A stretch of DNA of 64,000 nt from Candidatus Brennerbacteria bacterium (GTDB taxonomy: Bacteria; Patescibacteriota; Minisyncoccia; UBA6257; GWB1-50-10), in NCBI GenBank assembly GCA_043799565.1, contig JAZDNP010000015.1, positions 12,557-76,556 on the forward strand. The letters run 5' to 3'. Every line of letters starts with the position of its first letter. The stretch's first letter is position 1. Under the pieces are notes generated by a model. It made no database searches. It was not told where the DNA came from and saw nothing but the letters and a program-made list of their open reading frames with translations. A program made the translations under genes and the position numbers. Of this stretch, positions 1-8,853 are shown in pieces.

Positions 1-2
1 AC

Positions 3-2768
3 GAATGGATAGAGATAAGAAATAATGGAGCATCTTCCGTAAGTTTTGACGACGTGAAGTTTTTAGAGGGAGGCACAAATCATCGCCTCTCATCCATGCG
101 GGGGAGCGCTTCTCTTACTGTAGGTGGATACGCGGTCATAGCGGATGACGCTGACCAATTTCTTATCGATTTTCCATTATTCTCGGGAAATCTTTTTGAC
201 AGTTCATTCTCGCTTTCGAACGACGGCGAAGCACTCCCACTCGCCTTCAATGGAAGTTCATTTTACTCCGTGGCGTATGCCTCGAGCACGGGCGCCTACG
301 GCGACGGGAATTCGCTCCAGTTAACTGGAGCAGGGTGGGTGGCAGCAGTGCCGACGCCCGGCGTGGCGAATGTTGCCGTAACTATTTCTACTGGCGGTTC
401 TACGGGCGACACATCAACCTCCACCGTGACCTCATCGCCTCCGACGTCAGGGTTTGGCGCATCTCATGTGGTGATAAGCGAGGTGCAGGTTGATGGTGTT
501 GATGCGGGAGATGAATTTATTGAACTTTACAATCCTACTGATGCCGCGGTAGATCTTTCCGGATGGTCGCTTCAATATGTGAGTGGTGCAGTGGAGACGG
601 TTACTTCGTCCACGGTGAGCAAGAAAAATTTTTTGGCGACCAGCTTTATTGCCGCAAAGGGTTTTTACCTTATTGGGCGCGGGTTTAATGCGGCAGGAGA
701 AGACGGATATCAAGGATATGTGGAACCCAATATGACGCATCGTACCTTCTCACTCTCTGGCGTATCCGCTGGTGCGCGAATTTTCCTTGTACCAAGCGCC
801 ACGTTTATAGAAAGTGAGACCGACCCCAATATTCTTGATGTGCTGGACTACACTTCAACTACTATTCCTGACGCGGGGAGTAGTTTTGAACGCCGCGCGT
901 GGAGTAACAATTTGTGTCACTCTGTGATTCCAAACGGGAGCGGAGAATTTTTAGGAAATGGGTGTGATGCCGGTGTATTTGCGGACGATTTTGAGTTGCG
1001 TTCTATCTCACGCCCACAAAATAGCGGAAGTTTTGTGGAGCCGCGCGCCGCACCTTCAGCGCTCCAGGTACCGACTGGCGCTTTAGCGCTCGCGGAATAT
1101 GTTCGAGATTCTGTTTCAATCAATTTTGCATGGGAACCATCCGCTGATTTCCAAGGAGTCACCTCCACTATGGTCTATCGGATTACGAACGCGTCCACCT
1201 CCGCAGCCATTTTCAATGCAATCTCAACGTCGTTTTCGCAGCGAGTTACCGAAGTGGGGAGATCGCACTCGTTCGTACTTCAAGCATTCGATCGGGACGG
1301 AATGGGGTCTGCAACAACTTCGGTCACAGTGGACGCGCCAAGTTTCGTAAACTCTCTTTATCTTTATCCCGACCCGTTCGCCACGAGTAGCCGTTATGCC
1401 GTTGATCTTTACTATGATTCATATCCGTTTATTCCGCACCGCTGGAGCTCCGGAGACACTTCGCGTGTGGCAGTGTTTTATCTCAATCGAGTTCCCTCAA
1501 CAGAGCGGGATTTTGTAACCTCAGGCGGTGCCGAGGTCCCAGTCGCTATGCGTGAGGGACTTCTCGCAATGAAGTTCCGGGATTGTGGCGGGCAACCGGA
1601 TCAGATAAGCTCACTTCCCATACTTCCTGATTCAAGCGGGAATTGTGAGGGTGCTGGACCGAATGTTGATGATGTTTCATTCTTGCTCCTTGAAGACCCA
1701 CATGTGCGATTCACGCTCGCCTCGCCAAGCGACACACTTGCGCTCTCCGCGGCAGATTATCTTACTTTGGCGTTCTACGATTATTCGTCACCGACGTGGG
1801 CATGTACGTGCCGCATGTTCTCGATCGTCGCGATTGATGCAAATCGCTACTATTTCAGCTCTACCGCGCCCCCCTTTGCGGCTCCAATATTGCCGGATAC
1901 GCTCCAAGTTGAATTCAAACCAACGCAATCGCGCCTTATCACGCGGTGGGAGGCAGCAACGGACCGCGATACACTCGATAACCTCCTCGCCTACGAGATT
2001 AACTTCTCGACGAGCACGGCGCTTGATGAGACGCGGTGGGAGTCAGCGGGCGCCCAGCCAAGCGCTAATCTCGACAACCAAACGTTCATTTCGCACCGCT
2101 TCTTGCGGCACGTAACGCCAGGTGACCCATTTACAGTTGGCGTCCGTGCAAAAGATGAATTTAATGTGACGTCTACATCGCGCATGGTCATGTGGCCGTA
2201 TCCCGCCGTAGCGGAAGTATTTTCCCAAGCGACGAGCACTGGGTGGAGTGTCCAGTGGGGTGATAAAAATCCTAATCGCACCGATTCAAGCGTTGCCTCG
2301 CTTCAAAGCGTTACGCCCGCCACCACCATTATATTCGATGTGGCGTCAGTGCGCGTGTGGGAAGACCAAACGAGGAGGGGTGCTCTCGCAACCCTCCGCC
2401 TCGGGGTGTACGGCGATGATGGGGAGAGTCGGCCGCTTCTTTCATTAAAAATAGGGGAAGCGACGGTAGAGAAAAAAGGGGAAACGCCCACAGCTACCGA
2501 CATTGCGTTCACGTTTTCAAACCCAGTGACGCTCGACGCAGGCACAAAGTACTGGCTCGTGCTCGACGTGGGGAGCTACGATAACGGCATGGCGTACTAT
2601 GATAACCGATGGCGGAACGCCATTTCGGTGGGGAACGACGCGTATCCGGCTGGACAGGCGGGAAAGGGGAGCGCCACTTTATGCACTGACATGGATTTTT
2701 GCAAGGTGGAAGTACCTGCGCCGGCCGGCACGCCCGACTGGTATCTGAAACTTTATCTTAGGCAGTAG
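3..2768 (+). CDS. Large lamin-tail-domain (LTD) surface/secreted protein, 5'-truncated by the window
   Basis: Frame is open from base 3 (EWIEIRNNGASSVSFDDVKF...). A second LTD-like motif VVISEV...DEFIELYNPTDAAVDLSGWSL follows, with S/T-rich linkers and Fn3-like beta-rich segments. Confidence 0.75.
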   Translation, partial: EWIEIRNNGASSVSFDDVKFLEGGTNHRLSSMRGSASLTVGGYAVIADDADQFLIDFPLFSGNLFDSSFSLSNDGEALPLAFNGSSFYSVAYASSTGAYGDGNSLQLTGAGWVAAVPTPGVANVAVTISTGGSTGDTSTSTVTSSPPTSGFGASHVVISEVQVDGVDAGDEFIELYNPTDAAVDLSGWSLQYVSGAVETVTSSTVSKKNFLATSFIAAKGFYLIGRGFNAAGEDGYQGYVEPNMTHRTFSLSGVSAGARIFLVPSATFIESETDPNILDVLDYTSTTIPDAGSSFERRAWSNNLCHSVIPNGSGEFLGNGCDAGVFADDFELRSISRPQNSGSFVEPRAAPSALQVPTGALALAEYVRDSVSINFAWEPSADFQGVTSTMVYRITNASTSAAIFNAISTSFSQRVTEVGRSHSFVLQAFDRDGMGSATTSVTVDAPSFVNSLYLYPDPFATSSRYAVDLYYDSYPFIPHRWSSGDTSRVAVFYLNRVPSTERDFVTSGGAEVPVAMREGLLAMKFRDCGGQPDQISSLPILPDSSGNCEGAGPNVDDVSFLLLEDPHVRFTLASPSDTLALSAADYLTLAFYDYSSPTWACTCRMFSIVAIDANRYYFSSTAPPFAAPILPDTLQVEFKPTQSRLITRWEAATDRDTLDNLLAYEINFSTSTALDETRWESAGAQPSANLDNQTFISHRFLRHVTPGDPFTVGVRAKDEFNVTSTSRMVMWPYPAVAEVFSQATSTGWSVQWGDKNPNRTDSSVASLQSVTPATTIIFDVASVRVWEDQTRRGALATLRLGVYGDDGESRPLLSLKIGEATVEKKGETPTATDIAFTFSNPVTLDAGTKYWLVLDVGSYDNGMAYYDNRWRNAISVGNDAYPAGQAGKGSATLCTDMDFCKVEVPAPAGTPDWYLKLYLRQ

Positions 2769-2775
2769 CAGACGG

Positions 2776-2815
2776 TTCACTCACTTTTGATGCATATGCA
2801 TAGAAAGTGAGTGAA
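2776..2815. repeat. 40-bp near-perfect palindrome
   Basis: TTCACTCACTTTTGATGCAT|ATGCATAGAAAGTGAGTGAA, 18/20 positions complementary. Confidence 0.85.
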
Positions 2816-2847
2816 GTGGTGTTGTGTCTGAGTGCTGTTGAATACCG

Positions 2848-2876
2848 TTGAATACCGTTGTGCTACCGGGTATGCT
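2848..2876 (+). promoter_or_regulatory. Sigma70-like promoter of uvrC
   Basis: TTGAAT-17-TATGCT, with ATG 9 nt after the -10. The -35 lies within a GTTGAATACC tandem repeat. Confidence 0.5.
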
Positions 2877-2885
2877 CCTCCATAG

Positions 2886-4091
2886 ATGGATACGAAGAAA
2901 CTATGGAGCACCATGCCGGAGACGCCCGGGGTATATCTCATGCGGGACACCGCGAAGCGGCTCCTTTATATAGGCAAAGCGGCGAATTTGCGGAGGCGCG
3001 TGCAAAGCTATTTCACGCGGCCCCACGACGCGCGGATTTCCAAACTCGTTGCGCACATACGGACGATAGACCACAAAAAGACCGCAACCGCGCTTGAGGC
3101 GCTCATATTGGAAGCGGCGCTCATCAAAAAATACCAGCCGCCCTATAACATTCAGGAAAAAGACGACACAAGCTTTCTCTATGTTGTTATCACGAAGGAG
3201 AAATTTCCGCGCCTCATACTTACACGAGGGAAAGTGGTGGGGAAATCGCGTGGCGACGTGTTCGGACCGTTCATCCAGGGCGGGAGCATCCGCGAAGCGC
3301 TCCGCCTTCTCCGGCGAATATTTCCATGGAGCGTGCATAGCCCCTCGGAGATTGGCACGTTCAAACGGCCGTGCTTTGAATATGAACTCGGACTTTGCCC
3401 CGGCACGTGCGTGAATGTGGCGGACAAGGCGGAATATGCCGCGAACATCCGCCGCCTCAAGCAACTTTTCCGGGGCAAGCGGCCTACGATTCTCCGCGAG
3501 CTCGCGCGCGCGATGAAAACAGCGGCGAAGCACGAGGAATTCGAAAAAGCGGCAATCTATCGGAAACAGCTTTTTGCGCTGAAACACATCCAAGACGTTG
3601 CGCTCATAAAAGACAACGAGTTTACGCTCCCGCAAGCGCCGGTCCGGACGCTGCGCATTGAGGGGTATGACGTTTCAAACATTTCCGGCACATCGGCAAC
3701 CGGGGCCATGGTGGTGTTCCGCGGTGACCGGAGCGCAAGGGAGGGATACCGACTTTTCAAAATCCATTCGCTCCATACGCCGAACGACGTGGGGATGCTC
3801 CGCGAGGTATTGACGAGGAGGTTCAAAAACAACTGGCCACTCCCCGACCTTCTCTTAATAGACGGCGGGAAGGGACAGGTAAACGCGGCGCATGTGGCAA
3901 TGAAAGACGCGGGGCTTTTCATCCCTATTGTGGGGCTTGCGAAGGGGCCGACACGCAAACGGACGGATGTAATAGGGGAAGCGCCAAAAGGAGTTTCACT
4001 TCGCACTTTGGTGCGCGTACGCGACGAGGCACATCGTTTCGCGCGAAGTTTTCACATCCGGCTCCGAAGCAGGAATTTTGTGAAAAAGTAG
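2886..4091 (+). CDS. uvrC: Excinuclease ABC subunit C, short form
   Basis: GIY-YIG (PGVYLM...LYIGKA..LRRRV), Cys cluster (CFEYELGLCPGTC), UVR motif (EEFEKAA), RNase H-like IEGYDVSN and LIDGGKGQ, and RDEAHRFA. No HhH tail. Confidence 0.9.
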   Translation: MDTKKLWSTMPETPGVYLMRDTAKRLLYIGKAANLRRRVQSYFTRPHDARISKLVAHIRTIDHKKTATALEALILEAALIKKYQPPYNIQEKDDTSFLYVVITKEKFPRLILTRGKVVGKSRGDVFGPFIQGGSIREALRLLRRIFPWSVHSPSEIGTFKRPCFEYELGLCPGTCVNVADKAEYAANIRRLKQLFRGKRPTILRELARAMKTAAKHEEFEKAAIYRKQLFALKHIQDVALIKDNEFTLPQAPVRTLRIEGYDVSNISGTSATGAMVVFRGDRSAREGYRLFKIHSLHTPNDVGMLREVLTRRFKNNWPLPDLLLIDGGKGQVNAAHVAMKDAGLFIPIVGLAKGPTRKRTDVIGEAPKGVSLRTLVRVRDEAHRFARSFHIRLRSRNFVKK

Positions 4092-4165
4092 AGCTTCAGT
4101 TACATCGCATATGCGATGAAAGTGAAGTCGCTTTCCGTCGGGCAAAAGTATAAAACCGCGTATTG

Positions 4166-4531
4166 CTACGCGGCTTCTTCCAGCTCCGTATCCTGCGGGG
4201 TTTCAATCCCGTGTTTTATTTCGGCTTCTTTTACCGTGTCTTTCGCGAGTTCCGCGAAATCCTGGAAAGCCGCCGAGCAAAACTCAATTTCATCAATAAA
4301 GCGTGCGCCCACCTCGCGCGCAAATTCCTCGCCTTCCTCCACACTTACCACGCCAATAGCGCGGTCAATGAGTGCGGCGAGGTCCTGTTCCACGATGCCG
4401 CGCTCTCCGCGCCGCAGTTGTTCCAGGTGTTTTTTCGTAAATTCGGCGAGGAGCGTTGATACCAGCTCTCCCGCAACCTCCTTCGCGTTTTGAGGTTCCA
4501 TTTCCGGTTTCGGCGTCCTTTCCATTCCCAT
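4166..4531 (-). CDS. Acidic helical hypothetical protein
   Basis: ORF with protein-like composition. Start chosen at ATG 4531 (4525 is an alternative). Confidence 0.6.
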   Translation of the reverse strand: MGMERTPKPEMEPQNAKEVAGELVSTLLAEFTKKHLEQLRRGERGIVEQDLAALIDRAIGVVSVEEGEEFAREVGARFIDEIEFCSAAFQDFAELAKDTVKEAEIKHGIETPQDTELEEAA

Positions 4532-4606
4532 GCCGTTATTTTCATGCTGATGCCGCAAAAAAACAAGCGCCGTGTCCTTTGGTAAGGAACGGCGCTCATA
4601 TTATCG

Positions 4607-4864
4607 TCAGCTCCCATGAGTGTGGAGCAGCATATTCACCACCCTTTTCAGGCCCTCCTTACCGTACTTGCGGTACATCTTGCCGCAGGTGACGCAGAGT
4701 TCCGGGGTGAGTTCACTCTCGGTCTCGCGGTCGGTATGCTCGGGGCAGTGCGGGATGCCGCAGTTGCTGCATGGTGCGTCGCCGAACTGTGCGTCAAACA
4801 TCTGTAAGCAGATGCCGCACTTTTCGGAGCCGACCGTCTCGGGACCTACGGTGATCTGTGGCAT
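4607..4864 (-). CDS. Small Cys/His zinc-finger-like protein
   Basis: CxxC, CxxC, HCxxH and CxxC motifs in 85 aa, with AGAGGG SD-like motif upstream. Confidence 0.65.
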   Translation of the reverse strand: MPQITVGPETVGSEKCGICLQMFDAQFGDAPCSNCGIPHCPEHTDRETESELTPELCVTCGKMYRKYGKEGLKRVVNMLLHTHGS

Positions 4865-4956
4865 AGGATTTCCCTCTGGTTGGATGTTCTATGAGTGACA
4901 ATATAGTGGCGCGGGCGCGATGTAAAGAGGAGATTCCCGTGGTGTAGAATGGAGGC

Positions 4957-6636
4957 ATGACGTTTTCGGAGACGCTGCGAGCAAAAGGGTTGGAAGTTTC
5001 GGATGATGCAGTAACGCGCACCCGCTACGCGCGTGACGCGAGTTTATTTGAGGTAATGCCCGCGGCCATCACGTACCCAAAGAGTGCGGAAGACGTAAAA
5101 ACGCTCGTGCGATATGTCGCGGAACGCACCGGAGCGGGCGAAAAGGTTTCGCTTACGCCCCGCGGCGGTGGAAGCTGTATGAGCGGCGGTCCCCTAACCG
5201 AGTCGCTCGTGGTGGATGTTACGAAATATATGAATCGCGTTCTTGAAGTGGGCGACCGCGTGAATACCACTGGCGGATCTCCGGAAGGGTATGCGACCGC
5301 GGAACCGGGATGTTTCTATCGCGATTTTGAAAAAGCGACACTTGCGAAAGGGTATCTTATGCCCGCGTTTCCCGCATCGCGCGAGATGTGCACCATCGGT
5401 GGCATGGTGGGGAACGATGCGGCGGGTGAGAAAACGCTGAAATACGGCAAAGTGCACAACTTCGTGACAAAACTGAAGGCCGTACTTGCAGACGGGAACG
5501 AGTACGAGATAAAGCCGCTTACCGCACGCGAACTCTCAGCAAAAGAAGCGCTCGGCACGTTTGAGGGAGACATATATAAGAGGCTCCACGCGCTCCTTGA
5601 GGCAAATTACGAAAAAGTGAAGGCGGCGAAGCCGAACGTCGCTAAAAATTCCGCCGGATTCAACCTTTGGGATGTGTGGGACCGAAAAACTTTTGATATC
5701 ACAAAGCTTTTCACAGGATCGCAAGGCACGCTTGGTATCGCGACCGAAGCGACATTCCGCCTCGTAACACCCGAGGCGCACTCAGGGATGCTCGTGATTT
5801 TTCTCAAAGACATTGCGCCTTTGGTCGATATCATCCGCACGGTGCTTACTCTCACACCTTCCAGCGTGGAGTCGTTCGACCGCTACACCTTCTCGCTCGC
5901 GCTGAAACATTTCTGGGGATTTTTCAAATTATTCGCGCGGAATCCCTTCTCACTCCTCTTCGCCTTCGTGCCCGAGGCCTTGACTGTGATGGTCCACGGG
6001 ATGCCCGCGTTCATCGTGATGGTGGAATTTGAAGAGACGACCGTTACTGCGGTTATGGAAAAGCTTGCTGCACTCAAAACAGCGCTCATCGACTTGGAGG
6101 CACGCGGACATTTTAAAACTGTCATGCACACGTTGAAGAGCGCGCGTGCCGCACGAAAGTTCTGGGTCATCCGCCACGAGAGCTTCAATTTGCTGCGCCA
6201 CAAGGTGCAGGGACTCCAGACCGCGCCGTTCATTGACGATATCGTGGTGAACCCCGAGTACCTTTCTACGTTCCTTCCCGAGGTCTACGCGATACTCGCC
6301 CGCTACGGATTTCTTGCTACCGTGGCGGGGCATGTGGGCGAGGGGAATTTCCACGTCATCCCGCTCATGCGGCTTGCGGACGAGAGCGAGCGCGCAAAGA
6401 TAAAGCCCGCGATGGATGAGGTCTACGCGCTCGTCCTCCGCTACCACGGCTCCATCACCGGAGAACACAACGACGGACTGGTGCGGAGCCCGTACCTTTC
6501 GCAAATGTTCGGCGCGGACATCTACGCGCTCTTTGAAGAGGTGAAGCGCATTTTTGACCCGCATAATATTTTCAACCCAGGGAAGAAAGTGGGGGCTTCG
6601 ATTGAATACGCGCTCGCGCACTTGAAAAAAGGATAG
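4957..6636 (+). CDS. FAD-linked oxidase (GlcD / D-lactate dehydrogenase family)
   Basis: RGGGSCMSGG, TIGGMVGNDAAG, GSQGTLGI, GHVGEGNFH, TGEHNDG and FDPHNIFNPGK motifs. Confidence 0.9.
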   Translation: MTFSETLRAKGLEVSDDAVTRTRYARDASLFEVMPAAITYPKSAEDVKTLVRYVAERTGAGEKVSLTPRGGGSCMSGGPLTESLVVDVTKYMNRVLEVGDRVNTTGGSPEGYATAEPGCFYRDFEKATLAKGYLMPAFPASREMCTIGGMVGNDAAGEKTLKYGKVHNFVTKLKAVLADGNEYEIKPLTARELSAKEALGTFEGDIYKRLHALLEANYEKVKAAKPNVAKNSAGFNLWDVWDRKTFDITKLFTGSQGTLGIATEATFRLVTPEAHSGMLVIFLKDIAPLVDIIRTVLTLTPSSVESFDRYTFSLALKHFWGFFKLFARNPFSLLFAFVPEALTVMVHGMPAFIVMVEFEETTVTAVMEKLAALKTALIDLEARGHFKTVMHTLKSARAARKFWVIRHESFNLLRHKVQGLQTAPFIDDIVVNPEYLSTFLPEVYAILARYGFLATVAGHVGEGNFHVIPLMRLADESERAKIKPAMDEVYALVLRYHGSITGEHNDGLVRSPYLSQMFGADIYALFEEVKRIFDPHNIFNPGKKVGASIEYALAHLKKG

Positions 6637-6666
6637 TTTTTCTCTACACTAACCGTACTTTCAACA

Positions 6667-7908
6667 ATGCTTCGTTCCCGACTTATAGGCATTCTCACAT
6701 TCCTCGTCATCCTCTCCGCCCTTGCGGGGGTTTTTTCGTACGAGCCGCTGTGGAACAAAATAAGCTCCGTCAGACCTTGGGCATTGGGGTTGGACCTTTC
6801 GGGCGGCACCGTACTTACATATTCCATCGACCTTTCCAACGTGGGTTCAGGCGACCGCAGTTCGGTGGTGGAATGGCTCCGCGATGTAATTGAACGGCGG
6901 GTGAATCTCTTCGGCGTGCAGGAGCCTCGCGTATATCTTGCGCGTGCGGGCGGCGAGGACCGGCTCGTGGTAGAGCTCGCGGGTACGCGAGATGTGACCG
7001 CGGCCGCGCAAGAAATCGGCGCCACTCCCTTTTTGGAATTTCGCGAAGTGAAGGAAACTACCGCGAATGGTACGACGACTGCGGCGTTCGTTTCCACCCC
7101 GTTGAATGGGCGTTATGTGAAGGCGGCGCAGGTCGGCTTCAGTCAGGTGGGGCGGAAGCCGGAAATCTATCTCCAATTTAACGACGAAGGCGCCGATCTT
7201 TTTGAACAGCTGACCGAGGCGAACATCGGGAAACCCTTAGGCATTTTCTTGGACGGCGAACTTTTGGAAGCGCCGACCGTGCAGGGGAAGATCCCCGGCG
7301 GGACCGCGGTCATTACCGGGAGCTACACGTTGGACGAAGCGCGCGCATTCGTGGAGCGTTTCAACGCCGGTGCGCTTCCCGCGCCCATTATGCTGGTGCA
7401 CCAGGAGACCATAAGCCCGGATTTCGGCGCCGATTCGCTCGCAAAAGCGATATTTGCGGGTGCCGTGGGTACGCTTGTGGTGATGCTTTTCATGCTTATC
7501 TACTACCGCCGGCTCGGGATTTTCGCGGTTGCGGCGCTCCTTATGTATGTGGCGCTCACGCTCGCGGTCTTCAAGCTTGTGCCCGTCACCATGACGCTTG
7601 CGGGCATCGCGGGCTTTATTCTCTCCATCGGTATGGCGGTGGATGCAAATATCCTCGTCTTTGAGCGAATGAAGGAAGAATTGAAAAGAGGGATGGAGAG
7701 AAAAGCGGCAATGGAAGAGGGGTTCAAGCGGGCATGGACCTCTATCCGCGACTCCAACATTTCCACCATGATCACCGCGATCGTGCTCTACACCTTTACC
7801 TCAAGCTTTGTGCAGGGTTTTGCGCTCGCGCTTTTTATTGGTGTCTTTATGTCCATGTTCTCCGCCATCACGGTCACCCGTACCCTCATGCGCGTATTCA
7901 TCAAATAA
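6667..7908 (+). CDS. secD: Protein translocase subunit SecD
   Basis: LGLDLSGG, IERRVN.FGV.EP, TLAGIAGFILSIGMAVDANILVFER. Confidence 0.95.
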   Translation: MLRSRLIGILTFLVILSALAGVFSYEPLWNKISSVRPWALGLDLSGGTVLTYSIDLSNVGSGDRSSVVEWLRDVIERRVNLFGVQEPRVYLARAGGEDRLVVELAGTRDVTAAAQEIGATPFLEFREVKETTANGTTTAAFVSTPLNGRYVKAAQVGFSQVGRKPEIYLQFNDEGADLFEQLTEANIGKPLGIFLDGELLEAPTVQGKIPGGTAVITGSYTLDEARAFVERFNAGALPAPIMLVHQETISPDFGADSLAKAIFAGAVGTLVVMLFMLIYYRRLGIFAVAALLMYVALTLAVFKLVPVTMTLAGIAGFILSIGMAVDANILVFERMKEELKRGMERKAAMEEGFKRAWTSIRDSNISTMITAIVLYTFTSSFVQGFALALFIGVFMSMFSAITVTRTLMRVFIK

Positions 7909-7909
7909 C

Positions 7910-8803
7910 ATGTTCGAGCTCATCAAAAACCGCAAAATATTTCTCGGCATCTCGGGCGTGCTACTTGTCGCGAGCATCGCGTGCGTCATCGTTTTTGGCC
8001 TCACCCCGGGCACCGACCTTGTGGGAGGCACGCGCTGGCAAGTGAAGTTCAGCGATGGCGCGGTTTCCACTTCTGCGATACATGAAACGTTGAAAAATGC
8101 AGGAGCGGAAACGCTTGCGACCGTGAACGACGAGAATATCATCACCATCCGTCTTGGCGTCATAGACGAACCCGTGCATGCGGCGTACCGCACCGCGCTT
8201 ATGGCCTTGGGCGACATGCAGGAATTGAGCTTCTCTTCCATCGGTCCCACGGTCGGCGCGGAGCTTCAGAAGAAAGCGATGAACGCCATTCTCTTCGTGC
8301 TCATCGGCATCTCGCTCTACATTGCGTGGGCATTCCGCAAGGTCTCAGCGCCCGTGAAGTCGTGGAAGTACGGAATGGCAACACTCATCTCACTGTTCCA
8401 TGACGTCGTGATACCCACCGGTCTCCTCGCGGTTCTTGGCGCATGGAAGGGGATAGAAGTGGATACGAACTTTATTGTTGCGCTTCTCGTCGTTATGGGG
8501 TTTTCTGTGCACGACACTATCGTGGTATTTGACCGTATCCGTGAGAATCTTCTTCGGGCGCAGGGAAAGTTCGATTTTGCGGAGGTGATAAACCGGAGCG
8601 TTCGCGAGACCTTCGTGAGGTCTCTCAATACCTCGCTTACCCTCGTGTTGGTGCTCATCGCGCTCATCGTGGCAGGGCCTTCATCGCTCTTCTACTTCGT
8701 GCTCGTTATCCTCGTCGGTACCGTGGTAGGCACCTACTCCTCCATCTTTGTGGCGAGCCCGCTTCTTTACCTTTTTGGACATGGGGCGGTAAGGAAAGGA
8801 TAG
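7910..8803 (+). CDS. secF: Protein translocase subunit SecF
   Basis: GTDLVGGT, IGPTVGAEL, HDV, GFSVHDTIVVFDRIRE, GTYSSIFVASP. Start at ATG 7910 just after the secD stop. Confidence 0.95.
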   Translation: MFELIKNRKIFLGISGVLLVASIACVIVFGLTPGTDLVGGTRWQVKFSDGAVSTSAIHETLKNAGAETLATVNDENIITIRLGVIDEPVHAAYRTALMALGDMQELSFSSIGPTVGAELQKKAMNAILFVLIGISLYIAWAFRKVSAPVKSWKYGMATLISLFHDVVIPTGLLAVLGAWKGIEVDTNFIVALLVVMGFSVHDTIVVFDRIRENLLRAQGKFDFAEVINRSVRETFVRSLNTSLTLVLVLIALIVAGPSSLFYFVLVILVGTVVGTYSSIFVASPLLYLFGHGAVRKG

Positions 8804-8817
8804 GGGGTTGGAAGGAG

Positions 8818-8846
8818 TTGACGGCTTAAAAGGGGTGTGGTATCAT
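8818..8846 (+). promoter_or_regulatory. Sigma70-like promoter, probably leaderless
   Basis: TTGACG-17-(TGG)TATCAT, with ATG 8854 lying 7 nt after the -10. Confidence 0.7.
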
Positions 8847-8853
8847 GAAACTA

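Noticed and set aside
2837-2867. CRISPR repeat
   Set aside because: 10-bp units with no spacers, and no cas genes.
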